Below are positions 24,301 through 36,003 of a stretch of DNA of 64,000 bases, piece after piece (the stretch's first letter is position 1; the number at the start of each line of letters is the position of its first letter). This stretch comes from Squalus acanthias (Eukaryota). A program made the translations under genes and the position numbers. Where the stretch lies: the NCBI GenBank assembly GCA_030390025.1, contig CM059431.1, forward strand, positions 137,518,001 to 137,582,000, read 5' to 3'. The notes under the pieces were generated by a model, which was given only the letters and a program-made list of their open reading frames with translations, was not told the DNA's origin and did not search any database.

Positions 24301-27300
24301 GAGGGGGCGGTTCAGTCTGAGAGAGGGGCGGTTCAGTCTGAGAGAGGGGCGGTTCAGTCTGAGAGAGGGGGCGGTTCAGTCTGAGAGAGGGGTCGGTTCA
24401 GTCTGAGAGAGGGGACGGTTCAGTCTGAGAGAGGGGGCGGTTCAGTCTGAGAGAGGGGGCGGTTCAGTCTGAGAGAGGGGGCGGTTCAGTCTGAGAGAGG
24501 GGGCGGTTCAGTCTGAGAGAGGGAGCGGTTCAGTCTGAGAGAGGGGGCGGTTCAGTCAGAGAGAGGGGACGGTTCAGTCTGAGAGAGGGGACGGTTCAGT
24601 CTGAGAGAGGGGGCGGTTCAGTCTGAGAGAGGGAACGGTTCAGTCTGAGAGAGGGCGCGGTTCAGTCTGAGAGAGGCGGCGGTTCAGTTTGAGAGCGGGG
24701 ACGGTTCAGTCTGAGAGAGGGGGCGGTTCAGACTGAGAGAGGGGGCGGTTCAGTCTGAGAGAGGGGGCGGTTCACTCTGAGAGAGGGGGGGTTCAGTCTG
24801 AGAGAGGGGGGGTTCAGTCTGAGAGAGGGGACGGTTCAGTCTGAGAGAGGGGGTGGTTCAGTCTGAGAGAGGGGGTGGTTCAGTCTGAGAGAGGGGGAGG
24901 TTCAGACTGAGAGAGGGGACGGTTCAGTCCGAGACAGAGGGTGGTTCAGACTGAGAGAGGGGGCGGTTCAGTCTGAGAGAGGGGACGGTTCAGTCTGAGA
25001 GAGGGGTGGTTCAGACTGAGAGAGGGTGTGGTTCAGTCTGAGAGAGGGGACGGTTCAGTCTGAGAGAGGCGGGGGGGTTCAGTCTGAGAGAGGGGGCAGT
25101 TCAGTCTGAGAGAGGGGGTGGTTCAGTCTGAGAGAGGGTGGTTCAGTCTGAGAGAGGGGGCGGTTCAGTCTGAGAGAGGGGACGGTTCAGTCTGAGAGAG
25201 GGGTGGTTCAGTCTGAGACAGAGGGTGGTTCAGTCTGAGAGAGGGGACGGTTCAGTCTGAGAGAGGGGGCGGTTCAGTCGAGAAGAGGGGGGTTCAGTCT
25301 GAGAGAGGGGGGGTTCAGTCTGAGAGAGGGGGGGTTCAGTCTGAGAGAGGGGACGGTTCAGTCTGAGAGAGGGGGCGGTTCAGTCTGAGAGAGGGGACGG
25401 TTCAGTCTGAGAGAGGGGGCGGTTCAGTCCGAGACAGAGGGTGGTTCAGTCTGAGAGAGGGGACGGTTCAGTCTGAGAGAGGTGGCGGTTCAGTCTGAGA
25501 GAGGGGGCGGTTCAGTCTGAGAGAGGGGACGGTTCAGTCTGAGAGAGGGGGCGGTTCAGTCCGAGACAGGGTGGTTCAGTCTGAGAGAGGGGGGGTTCAG
25601 TCTGAGAGAGGGGGGGTTCAGTCTGAGAGAGGGGGGGGTTCAGTCTGAGAGAGGGGGGGTTCAGTCTGAGAGAGGGGACGGTTCAGTCTGAGAGAGGGGA
25701 CGGTTCAGTCTGAGAGCGGGGGTGTTCAGTCTGAGAGAGGGGACGGTTCAGTCAGAGAGGGGGGGTTCAGTCTACGAGAGGGCGGTTCAGTCTGAGAGAG
25801 GGGGCGGTTCAGTCTGAGAGAGGGGCGGTTCAGTCTGAGAGAGGGCGCGGTTCAGTCTGAGAGAGGGGGCGGTTCAGTCTGAGAGAGGGGTCGGTTCAGT
25901 CTGAGAGAGGGGGTGGTTCAGTCTGAGAGAGGGGGCGGTTCAGTCTGAGAGAGGGGACGGTTCAGTCTGAGAGAGGGGGCGGTTCAGTCCGAGACAGAGG
26001 GTGGTTCAGTCTGAGAGAGGGGACGGTTCAGTCTGAGAGAGGGGGCGGTTCAGTCTGAGAGAGATGGCGGTTCAGTCTGAGAGAGGGGACGGTTCAGTCT
26101 GAGAGAGGGGGCGGTTCAGTCCGAGACAGGGTGGTTCAGTCTGAGAGAGGGGGGGTTCAGTCTGAGAGAGGGGGGGTTCAGTCCGAGAGAGGGGGGGGTT
26201 CAGTCTGAGAGAGGGGGGGTTCAGTCTGAGAGAGGGGACGGTTCAGTCTGAGAGAGGGGAAGGTTCAATCTGAGAGGGGGGGTTCAGTCTACGAGAGGGC
26301 GGTTCAGTCTGAGAGAGGGGGCGGTTCAGTCTGAGAGAGGGGCGGTTCAGTCTGAGAGAGGGCGCGGTTCAGTCTGAGAGAGGGGGCGGTTCAGTCTGAG
26401 AGAGGGGTCGGTTCAGTCTGAGAGAGGGGACGGTTCAGTCTGAGAGAGGGGGCGGTTCAGTCTGAGAGAGGGGGCGGTTCAGTCTGAGAGGGGGGTTCAG
26501 TCTGAGAGAGGGGCGGTTCAGTCTGAGAGAGGGGGCGTTCAGTCTGAGAGAGGGGCGGTTCAGTCTGAGAGAGGGCGCGGTTCAGTCTGAGAGAGGGGGC
26601 GGTTCAGTCTGAGAGAGGGGTCGGTTCAGTCTGAGAGAGGGGACGGTTCAGTCTGAGAGAGGGGGCGGTTCAGTCTGAGAGAGGGGGCGGTTCAGTCTGA
26701 GAGAGGGGGCGGTTCAGTCTGAGAGAGGGGGCGGTTCAGTCTGAGAGAGGGAGCGGTTCAGTCTGAGAGAGGGGGCGGTTCAGTCTGAGAGAGGGGACGG
26801 TTCAGTCTGAGAGAGGGGACGGTTCAGTCTGAGAGAGGGGCGGTTCAGTCTGAGAGAGGGGACGGTTCAGTCTGAGAGAGGGGCGGTTCAGTCTGAGAGA
26901 GGGGCGGTTCAGTCTGAGAGAGGGGACGGTTCAGTCTGAGAGAGGGGGCGGTTCAGTCTGAGAGAGGGGGCGGTTCAGTCTGAGAGAGGGGGCGGTTCAG
27001 TCTGAGAGAGGGGGGGTTCAGTCTGAGAGAGGGGGGGTTCAGTCTGAGAGAGGGGACGGTTCAGTCTGAGAGAGGGGGTGGTTCAGTCTGAGAGAGGGGG
27101 TGGTTCAGTCTGAGAGAGGGGGAGGTTCAGTCTGAGAGAGGGGACGGTTCAGTCTGAGAGAGGGTGGTTCAGTCTGAGAGAGGGGCGGTTCAGTCTGAGA
27201 GAGGGGACGGTTCAGTCTGAGAGAGGGGTGGTTCAGTCTGAGAGAGGGGTGGTTCAGTCTGAGAGAGGGGACGGTTCAGTCTGAGAGAGGGGGGGGTTCA

Positions 27301-30300
27301 GTCTGAGAGAGGGGGCGGTTCAGTCTGAGAGAGGGGGTGGTTCAGTCTGAGAGAGGGGGGTTCAGTCTGAGAGAGGGGCGGTTCAGTCTGAGAGAGGGGA
27401 CGGTTCAGTCTGAGAGAGGGGGTGGTTCAGTCTGAGAGAGGGTGGTTCAGTCTGAGAGAGGGGACGGTTCAGTCTGAGAGAGGGGCGGTTCAGTCTGAGA
27501 GAGGGTGGTTCAGTCTGAGAGAGGGGGGGTTCAGTCTGAGAGAGGGGGGGTTCAGTCTGAGAGAGGGGACGGTTCAGTCTGAGAGAGGGGGCGGTTCAGT
27601 CTGAGAGAGGGGACGGTTCAGTCTGAGAGAGGGGGCGGTTCAGTCTGAGAGAGGGGGGTTCAGTCTGAGAGATGGGACGGTTCAGTCTGAGAGAGGGGCG
27701 GTTCAGTCTGAGAGAGGGGGCGGTTCAGTCTGAGAGAGGGGACGGTTCAGTCTGAGAGAGGGGGCGGTTCAGTCTGAGAGAGGGGGGTTCAGTCTGAGAG
27801 AGGGGGGGTTCAGTCTGAGAGAGGGGGGGTTCAGTCTGAGAGAGGGGGGGTTCAGTCTGAGAGAGGGGGGGTTCAGTCTGAGAGAGGGGACGGTTCAGTC
27901 TGAGAGAGGGGACGGTTCAGTCTGAGAGAGGGGGGTTCAGTCTGAGAGAGGGGACGGTTCAGTCTGAGAGAGGGGGGTTCAGTCTGAGAGAGGGGCGGTT
28001 CAGTCTGAGAGAGGGGGCGGTTCAGTCTGAGAGAGGGGCGGTTCAGTCTGAGAGAGGGGCGGTTCAGTCTGAGAGAGGGGGCGGTTCAGTCTGAGAGAGG
28101 GGACGGTTCAGTCTGAGAGAGGGGACGGTTCAGTCTGAGAGAGGGGGCGGTTCAGTCTGAGAGAGGGGGCGGTTCAGTCTGAGAGAGGGGCGGTTCAGTC
28201 TGAGAGAGGGGCGGTTCAGTCTGAGAGAGGGGGCGGTTCAGTCTGAGAGAGGGGCGGTTCAGTCTGAGAGAGGGGCGGTTCAGTCTGAGAGAGGGGGCGG
28301 TTCAGTCTGAGAGAGGGGTCGGTTCAGTCTGAGAGAGGGGACGGTTCAGTCTGAGAGAGGGGGCGGTTCAGTCTGAGAGAGGGGGCGGTTCAGTCTGAGA
28401 GAGGGGCGGTTCAGTCTGAGAGAGGGGCGGTTCAGTCTGAGAGAGGGGACGGTTCAGTCTGAGAGAGGGGCGGTTCAGTCTGAGAGAGGGGACGGTTCAG
28501 TCTGAGAGAGGGGGCGGTTCAGTCTGAGAGAGGGGCGGTTCAGTCTGAGAGAGGGGACGGTTCAGTCTGAGAGAGGGGGCGGTTCAGTCTGAGAGAGGGG
28601 CGGTTCAGTCTGAGAGAGGGGACGGTTCAGTCTGAGAGAGGGGCGGTTCAGTCTGAGAGAGGGGGGGTTCAGTCTGAGAGAGGGGCGGTTCAGTCTGAGA
28701 GAGGGGACGGTTCAGTCTGAGAGAGGGGGGTTCAGTCTGAGAGAGGGGAGGTTCAGTCTGAGAGAGGGGGCGGTTCAGTCTGAGAGAGGGGACGGTTCAG
28801 TCTGAGAGAGGGGGACGGTTCAGTCTGAGAGAGGGGACGGTTCAGTCTGAGAGAGGGGCGGTTCAGTCTGAGAGAGGGGCGGTTCAGTCTGAGAGAGGGG
28901 CGGTTCAGTCTGAGAGAGGGGCGGTTCAGTCTGAGAGAGGGGCGGTTCAGTCTGAGAGAGGGGCGGTTCAGTCTGAGAGAGGGGCGGTTCAGTCTGAGAG
29001 AGGGGGCGGTTCAGTCTGAGAGAGGGGTCGGTTCAGTCTGAGAGAGGGGACGGTTCAGTCTGAGAGAGGGGGCGGTTCAGTCTGAGAGAGGGGGCGGTTC
29101 AGTCTGAGAGAGGGGGCGGTTCAGTCTGAGAGAGGGGGCGGTTCAGTCTGAGAGAGGGGGCGGTTCAGTCTGAGAGAGGGGGCGGTTCAGTCTGAGAGAG
29201 GGGGCGGTTCAGTCTGAGAGAGGGGGCGGTTCAGTCTGAGAGAGGGGCGGTTCAGTCTGAGAGAGGGGCGGTTCAGTCTGAGAGAGGGACGGTTCAGTCT
29301 GAGAGAGGGGGCGGTTCAGTCTGAGAGAGGGGGCGGTTCAGTCTGAGAGAGGGGTCGGTTCAGTCTGAGAGAGGGGACGGTTCAGTCTGAGAGAGGGGGC
29401 GGTTCAGTCTGAGAGAGGGGACGGTTCAGTCTGAGAGAGGGGCGGTTCAGTCTGAGAGAGGGGGGTTCAGTCTGAGAGAGGGGGGGTTCAGTCTGAGAGA
29501 GGGGGGTTCAGTCTGAGAGAGGGGGGGTTCAGTCTGAGAGAGGGGGGGTTCAGTCTGAGAGAGGGGACGGTTCAGTCTGAGAGAGGGGACGGTTCAGTCT
29601 GAGAGAGGGGGGGTTCAGTCTGAGAGAGGGGACGGTTCAGTCTGAGAGAGGGGGGGTTCAGTCTGAGAGAGGGGCGGTTCAGTCTGAGAGAGGGGGCGGT
29701 TCAGTCTGAGAGAGGGGCGGTTCAGTCTGAGAGAGGGGCGGTTCAGTCTGAGAGAGGGGGCGGTTCAGTCTGAGAGAGGGGTCGGTTCAGTCTGAGAGAG
29801 GGGACGGTTCAGTCTGAGAGAGGGGGCGGTTCAGTCTGAGAGAGGGGGCGGTTCAGTCTGAGAGGGGGCGGTTCAGTCTGAGAGAGGGCGGTTCAGTCTG
29901 AGAGAGGGGGCGGTTCAGTCTGAGAGAGGGGGCGGTTCAGTCTGAGAGAGGGGCGGTTCAGTCTGAGAGAGGGGCGGTTCAGTCTGAGAGAGGGGGCGGT
30001 TCAGTCTGAGAGAGGGGTCGGTTCAGTCTGAGAGAGGGGACGGTTCAGTCTGAGAGAGGGGGCGGTTCAGTCTGAGAGAGGGGGCGGTTCAGTCTGAGAG
30101 GGGGGTTCAGTCTGAGAGAGGGGCGGTTCAGTCTGAGAGAGGGGGCGATTCAGTCTGAGAGAGGGGCGGTTCAGTCTGAGAGAGGGCGCGGTTCAGTCTG
30201 AGAGAGGGGGCGGTTCAGTCTGAGAGAGGGGTCGGTTCAGTCTGAGAGAGGGGACGGTTCAGTCTGAGAGAGGGGGCGGTTCAGTCTGAGAGAGGGGGCG

Positions 30301-33300
30301 GTTCAGTCTGAGAGAGGGGGCGGTTCAGTCTGAGAGAGGGGGCGGTTCAGTCTGAGAGAGGGGCGGTTCAGTCTGAGAGAGGGGCGGTTCAGTCTGAGAG
30401 AGGGGCGGTTCAGTCTGAGAGAGGGGCGGTTCAGTCTGAGAGAGGGGGCGGTTCAGTCTGAGAGAGGGGACGGTTCAGTCTGAGAGAGGGGCGGTTCAGT
30501 CTGAGAGAGGGGCGGTTCAGTCTGAGAGAGGGGACGGTTCAGTCTGAGAGAGGGGGCGGTTCAGTCTGAGAGAGGGGGCGGTTCAGTCTGAGAGAGGGGG
30601 CGGTTCAGTCTGAGAGAGGGGACGGTTCAGTCTGAGAGAGGGGACGGTTCAGTCTGAGAGAGGGGAGGTTCAGTCTGAGAGAGGGGACGGTTCAGTCTGA
30701 GAGAGGGGGCGGTTCAGTCTGAGAGAGGGGCGGTTCAGTCTGAGAGAGGGGACGGTTCAGTCTGAGAGAGGGGGCGGTTCAGTCTGAGAGAGGGGGGTTC
30801 AGTCTGAGAGAGGGGGGGTTCAGTCTGAGAGAGGGGGGGTTCAGTCTGAGAGAGGGGACGGTTCAGTCTGAGAGAGGGGCGGTTCAGTCTGAGAGAGGGG
30901 ACGGTTCAGTCTGAGAGAGGGGCGGTTCAGTCTGAGAGAGGGGGCGGTTCAGTCTGAGAGAGGGGCGGTTCAGTCTGAGAGAGGGGCGGTTCAGTCTGAG
31001 AGAGGGGCGGTTCAGTCTGAGAGAGGGGCGGTTCAGTCTGAGAGAGGGGCGGTTCAGTCTGAGAGAGGGGGCGGTTCAGTCTGAGAGAGGGGTCGGTTCA
31101 GTCTGAGAGAGGGGACGGTTCAGTCTGAGAGAGGGGGCGGTTCAGTCTGAGAGAGGGGGCGGTTCAGTCTGAGAGAGGGGCGGTTCAGTCTGAGAGAGGG
31201 GCGGTTCAGTCTGAGAGAGGGGACGGTTCAGTCTGAGAGAGGGGGCGGTTCAGTCTGAGAGAGGGGACGGTTCAGTCTGAGAGAGGGGCGGTTCAGTCTG
31301 AGAGAGGGGACGGTTCAGTCTGAGAGAGGGGCGGTTCAGTCTGAGAGAGGGGGCGGTTCAGTCTGAGAGAGGGGTCGGTTCAGTCTGAGAGAGGGGACGG
31401 TTCAGTCTGAGAGAGGGGGCGGTTCAGTCTGAGAGAGGGGACGGTTCAGTCTGAGAGAGGGGGCGGTTCAGTCTGAGAGAGGGGTGGTTCAGTCTGAGAG
31501 AGGGGGGGTTCAGTCTGAGAGAGGGGCGGTTCAGTCTGAGAGAGGGGGGGTTCAGTCTGAGAGAGGGGCGGTTCAGTCTGAGAGAGGGGACGGTTCAGTC
31601 TGAGAGAGGGGACGGTTCAGTCTGAGAGAGGGGGGGTTCAGTCTGAGAGAGGGGACGGTTCAGTCTGAGAGAGGGGGGTTCAGTCTGAGAGAGGGGCGGT
31701 TCAGTCTGAGAGAGGGGGCGGTTCAGTCTGAGAGAGGGGCGGTTCAGTCTGAGAGAGGGGCGGTTCAGTCTGAGAGAGGGGGCGGTTCAGTCTGAGAGAG
31801 GGGGCGGTTCAGTCTGAGAGAGGGGACGGTTCAGTCTGAGAGAGGGGGCGGTTCAGTCTGAGAGAGGGGGCGGTTCAGTCTGAGAGAGGGGCGGTTCAGT
31901 CTGAGAGAGGGGCGGTTCAGTCTGAGAGAGGGGCGGTTCAGTCTGAGAGAGGGGGCGGTTCAGTCTGAGAGAGGGGCGGTTCAGTCTGAGAGAGGGCGCG
32001 GTTCAGTCTGAGAGAGGGGGCGGTTCAGTCTGAGAGAGGGGTCGGTTCAGTCTGAGAGAGGGGACGGTTCAGTCTGAGAGAGGGGGCGGTTCAGTCTGAG
32101 AGAGGGGGCGGTTCAGTCTGAGAGGGGGGTTCAGTCTGAGAGAGGGCGGTTCAGTCTGAGAGAGGGGGCGGTTCAGTCTGAGAGAGGGGCGGTTCAGTCT
32201 GAGAGAGGGCGCGGTTCAGTCTGAGAGAGGGGGCGGTTCAGTCTGAGAGAGGGGTCGGTTCAGTCTGAGAGAGGGGACGGTTCAGTCTGAGAGAGGGGGC
32301 GGTTCAGTCTGAGAGAGGGGGCGGTTCAGTCTGAGAGAGGGGACGGTTCAGTCTGAGAGAGGGGACGGTTCAGTCTGAGAGAGGGGACGGTTCAGTCTGA
32401 GAGAGGGGCGGTTCAGTCTGAGAGAGGGGGCGGTTCAGTCTGAGAGAGGGGACGGTTCAGTCTGAGAGAGGGGACGGTTCAGTCTGAGAGAGGGGACGGT
32501 TCAGTCTGAGAGAGGGGGCGGTTCAGTCTGAGAGAGGGGCGGTTCAGTCTGAGAGAGGGGACGGTTCAGTCTGAGAGAGGGGGCGGTTCAGTCTGAGAGA
32601 GGGGGCGGTTCAGTCTGAGAGAGGGGCGGTTCAGTCTGAGAGAGGGGACGGTTCAGTCTGAGAGAGGGGCGGTTCAGTCTGAGAGAGGGGACGGTTCAGT
32701 CTGAGAGAGGGGGCGGTTCAGTCTGAGAGAGGGGACGGTTCAGTCTGAGAGAGGGGACGGTTCAGTCTGAGAGAGGGGACGGTTCAGTCTGAGAGAGGGG
32801 ACGGTTCAGTCTGAGAGAGGGGCGGTTCAGTCTGAGAGAGGGGGGTTCAGTCTGAGAGAGGGGCGGTTCAGTCTGAGAGAGGGGGCGGTTCAGTCTGAGA
32901 GAGGGGCGGTTCAGTCTGAGAGAGGGGACGGTTCAGTCTGAGAGAGGGGCGGTTCAGTCTGAGAGAGGGGCGGTTCAGTCTGAGAGAGGGGCGGTTCAGT
33001 CTGAGAGAGGGGCGGTTCAGTCTGAGAGAGGGGCGGTTCAGTCTGAGAGAGGGGCGGTTCAGTCTGAGAGAGGGGCGGTTCAGTCTGAGAGAGGGGCGGT
33101 TCAGTCTGAGAGAGGGGACGGTTCAGTCTGAGAGAGGGGCGGTTCAGTCTGAGAGAGGGGCGGTTCAGTCTGAGAGAGGGGCGGTTCAGTCTGAGAGAGG
33201 GGGCGGTTCAGTCTGAGAGAGGGGCGGTTCAGTCTGAGAGAGGGGCGGTTCAGTCTGAGAGAGGGGGCGGTTCAGTCTGAGAGAGGGGCGGTTCAGTCTG

Positions 33301-35093
33301 AGAGAGGGGACGGTTCAGTCTGAGAGAGGGGGGGTTCAGTCTGAGAGAGGGGCGGTTCAGTCTGAGAGAGGGGACGGTTCAGTCTGAGAGAGGGGCGGTT
33401 CAGTCTGAGAGAGGGGGCGGTTCAGTCTGAGAGAGGGGACGGTTCAGTCTGAGAGAGGGGACGGTTCAGTCTGAGAGAGGGGCGGTTCAGTCTGAGAGAG
33501 GGGACGGTTCAGTCTGAGAGAGGGGGCGGTTCAGTCTGAGAGAGGGGGGTTCAGTCTGAGAGAGGGGGGGTTCAGTCTGAGAGAGGGGGGTTCAGTCTGA
33601 GAGAGGGGGGGTTCAGTCTGAGAGAGGGGGGGTTCAGTCTGAGAGAGGGGACGGTTCAGTCTGAGAGAGGGGACGGTTCAGTCTGAGAGAGGGGGGGTTC
33701 AGTCTGAGAGAGGGGACGGTTCAGTCTGAGAGAGGGGGGTTCAGTCTGAGAGAGGGGCGGTTCAGTCTGAGAGAGGGGGCGGTTCAGTCTGAGAGAGGGG
33801 CGGTTCAGTCTGAGAGAGGGGCGGTTCAGTCTGAGAGAGGGGCGGTTCAGTCTGAGAGAGGGGGCGGTTCAGTCTGAGAGAGGGGACGGTTCAGTCTGAG
33901 AGAGGGGGCGGTTCAGTCTGAGAGAGGGGCGGTTCAGTCTGAGAGAGGGGCGGTTCAGTCTGAGAGAGGGGCGGTTCAGTCTGAGAGAGGGGGCGGTTCA
34001 GTCTGAGAGAGGGGCGGTTCAGTCTGAGAGAGGGGCGGTTCAGTCTGAGAGAGGGGCGGTTCAGTCTGAGAGAGGGGGCGGTTCAGTCTGAGAGAGGGGT
34101 CGGTTCAGTCTGAGAGAGGGGACGGTTCAGTCTGAGAGAGGGGCGGTTCAGTCTGAGAGAGGGGGCGGTTCAGTCTGAGAGAGGGGGCGGTTCAGTCTGA
34201 GAGAGGGGGCGGTTCAGTCTGAGAGAGGGGGCGGTTCAGTCTGAGAGAGGGGGCGGTTCAGTCTGAGAGAGGGGGCGGTTCAGTCTGAGAGAGGGGACGG
34301 TTCAGTCTGAGAGAGGGGCGGTTCAGTCTGAGAGAGGGGCGGTTCAGTCTGAGAGAGGGGACGGTTCAGTCTGAGAGAGGGGCGGTTCAGTCTGAGAGAG
34401 GGGCGGTTCAGTCTGAGAGAGGGGGCGGTTCAGTCTGAGAGAGGGGGGGTTCAGTCTGAGAGAGGGGGGTTCAGTCTGAGAGAGGGGACGGTTCAGTCTG
34501 AGAGAGGGGCGGTTCAGTCTGAGAGAGGGGGGGTTCAGTCTGAGAGAGGGGGGTTCAGTCTGAGAGAGGGGACGGTTCAGTCTGAGAGAGGGGACGGTTC
34601 AGTCTGAGAGAGGGGACGGTTCAGTCTGAGAGAGGGGGGTTCAGTCTGAGAGAGGGGGGGTTCAGTCTGAGAGAGGGGACGGTTCAGTCTGAGAGAGGGG
34701 ACGGTTCAGTCTGAGAGAGGGGACGGTTCAGTCTGAGAGAGGGGCGGTTCAGTCTGAGAGAGGGGACGGTTCAGTCTGAGAGAGGGGGGGTTCAGTCTGA
34801 GAGAGGGGGGGTTCAGTCTGAGAGAGGGGACGGTTCAGTCCGAGACAGAGGGTGGTTCAATCTTAGAGAGGGGGCGGTTCAGTCTGAGAGAGGGGACGGT
34901 TCAGTCTGTGAGAGGGGGCGGTTCAGTCCGAGACAGAGGGGGGTTCAGTCTGAGAGAGGGGGGGGTTCAGTCTGAGAGAGGGGGGGTTCAGTCTGAGAGA
35001 GGGGACGGTTCAGTCTGAGAGAGGGGACTGTTCAGTCTGAGAGAGGGGGGGGTTCAGCCTGAGAGAGGGGACGGTTCAGTCAGAGAGGGGGGG
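18352..35093 (+). repeat. G-rich ~22-bp minisatellite array (consensus GGTTCAGTCTGAGAGAGGGG[A/G]C), ~16.7 kb
   Basis: Directly visible tandem units of 20-23 bp, varying mainly in the G-run. Confidence 0.99.
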
Positions 35094-35719
35094 TGTAAGT
35101 ATGGGGCTCCGCACCCCCTGGTGCTCGCATCCCACCTCATCCCCTGTCCGTTATCCTGCCACTGGTTAATAAAGAATATGGAGATGCCTTTGGGGCAAAC
35201 GTACTTTGACCCCCACATACAAACATAAATCCCCTCATCCGGTTCCCACCATTTGTCCCAACAGACTTTCACTTGTCCGTTTGTCCCCGTAATTGTCCGA
35301 TGGGTATTATTACCCAGTCGCTCCCACTCAACCGAAGAGTTCCTCATAGTTTTGCTCAGCTTTCGCAGCCCCCACCATCGGCTCAATGGGACATTCCCAC
35401 TGCAGGTCAAACAAATCCGTTTGCAGACGGTGACGCTGATCCTGGGTGCGACGATCCGTACTTTGGGGCACATTAAAGAAGTCTCTTTGTAGGCGAACCC
35501 CGATGTGCTGGAATACTCCGTTGAGTTCGTTCCCAGCCATCCTGGCCACCTTCCCTTGTGGAAATAGGTGCTGGTCCCTTCTGCCTTCCGTCTCCCGGTC
35601 CCATCCACCGCGATGGGGGCCGTGTCCCCGGAACATCCAAACACCACGACATCCTTGGTGAGGCCCCGATAGGCCAATCCACATCCGATTGCCGCGAGCA
35701 ATACTATGAGTCGTTCCAT
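35054..35719 (-). CDS. ORF3 in env position: signal peptide + putative Ig-like domain, C-terminally truncated (last ~13 aa come from satellite)
   Basis: MERLIVLLAAIGCGLA leader; ICLTC106...W115W116...DEGIYVC167; N-glycosylation sequons NST, NSS, NNT; splice acceptor ctcattctatctgatcacAG 13 nt upstream of the ATG. Confidence 0.7.
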   Translation of the reverse strand: MERLIVLLAAIGCGLAYRGLTKDVVVFGCSGDTAPIAVDGTGRRKAEGTSTYFHKGRWPGWLGTNSTEYSSTSGFAYKETSLMCPKVRIVAPRISVTVCKRICLTCSGNVPLSRWWGLRKLSKTMRNSSVEWERLGNNTHRTITGTNGQVKVCWDKWWEPDEGIYVCMWGSKYVCPKGISIFFINQWQDNGQGMRWDASTRGCGAPYLHPPSLTEPSPLSG

Positions 35720-36003
35720 CCTTCCTTGGTTCCTGTGATCAGATAGAATGAGGTAGCCAGCCTCGCAAAAAGTCTCTGGCTTTTGTGAAGGGTGAGCGGG
35801 TCCCCTGACCTCGCCTCACGTAAACTTCAACGTTTGCTAAATAGACTTCCTCTAAACCTAGCCTTAAAACTCCCATCATTTTATCGTTATCTGTTAAAAA
35901 CACTACAAACTTAACCTTATTAAAACTACTTAAAACTTTAAACTAAAACTTAAAACCTTAAACTAATAACTTTACAATGCCGCCCGTTCTCAGGGCGGCC
36001 CCT

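Noticed and set aside
27422..27604. ORFs within the satellite (also 47985-48212 and 57489-57779)
   Set aside because: Chance open frames of the repeat or translations through Ns.
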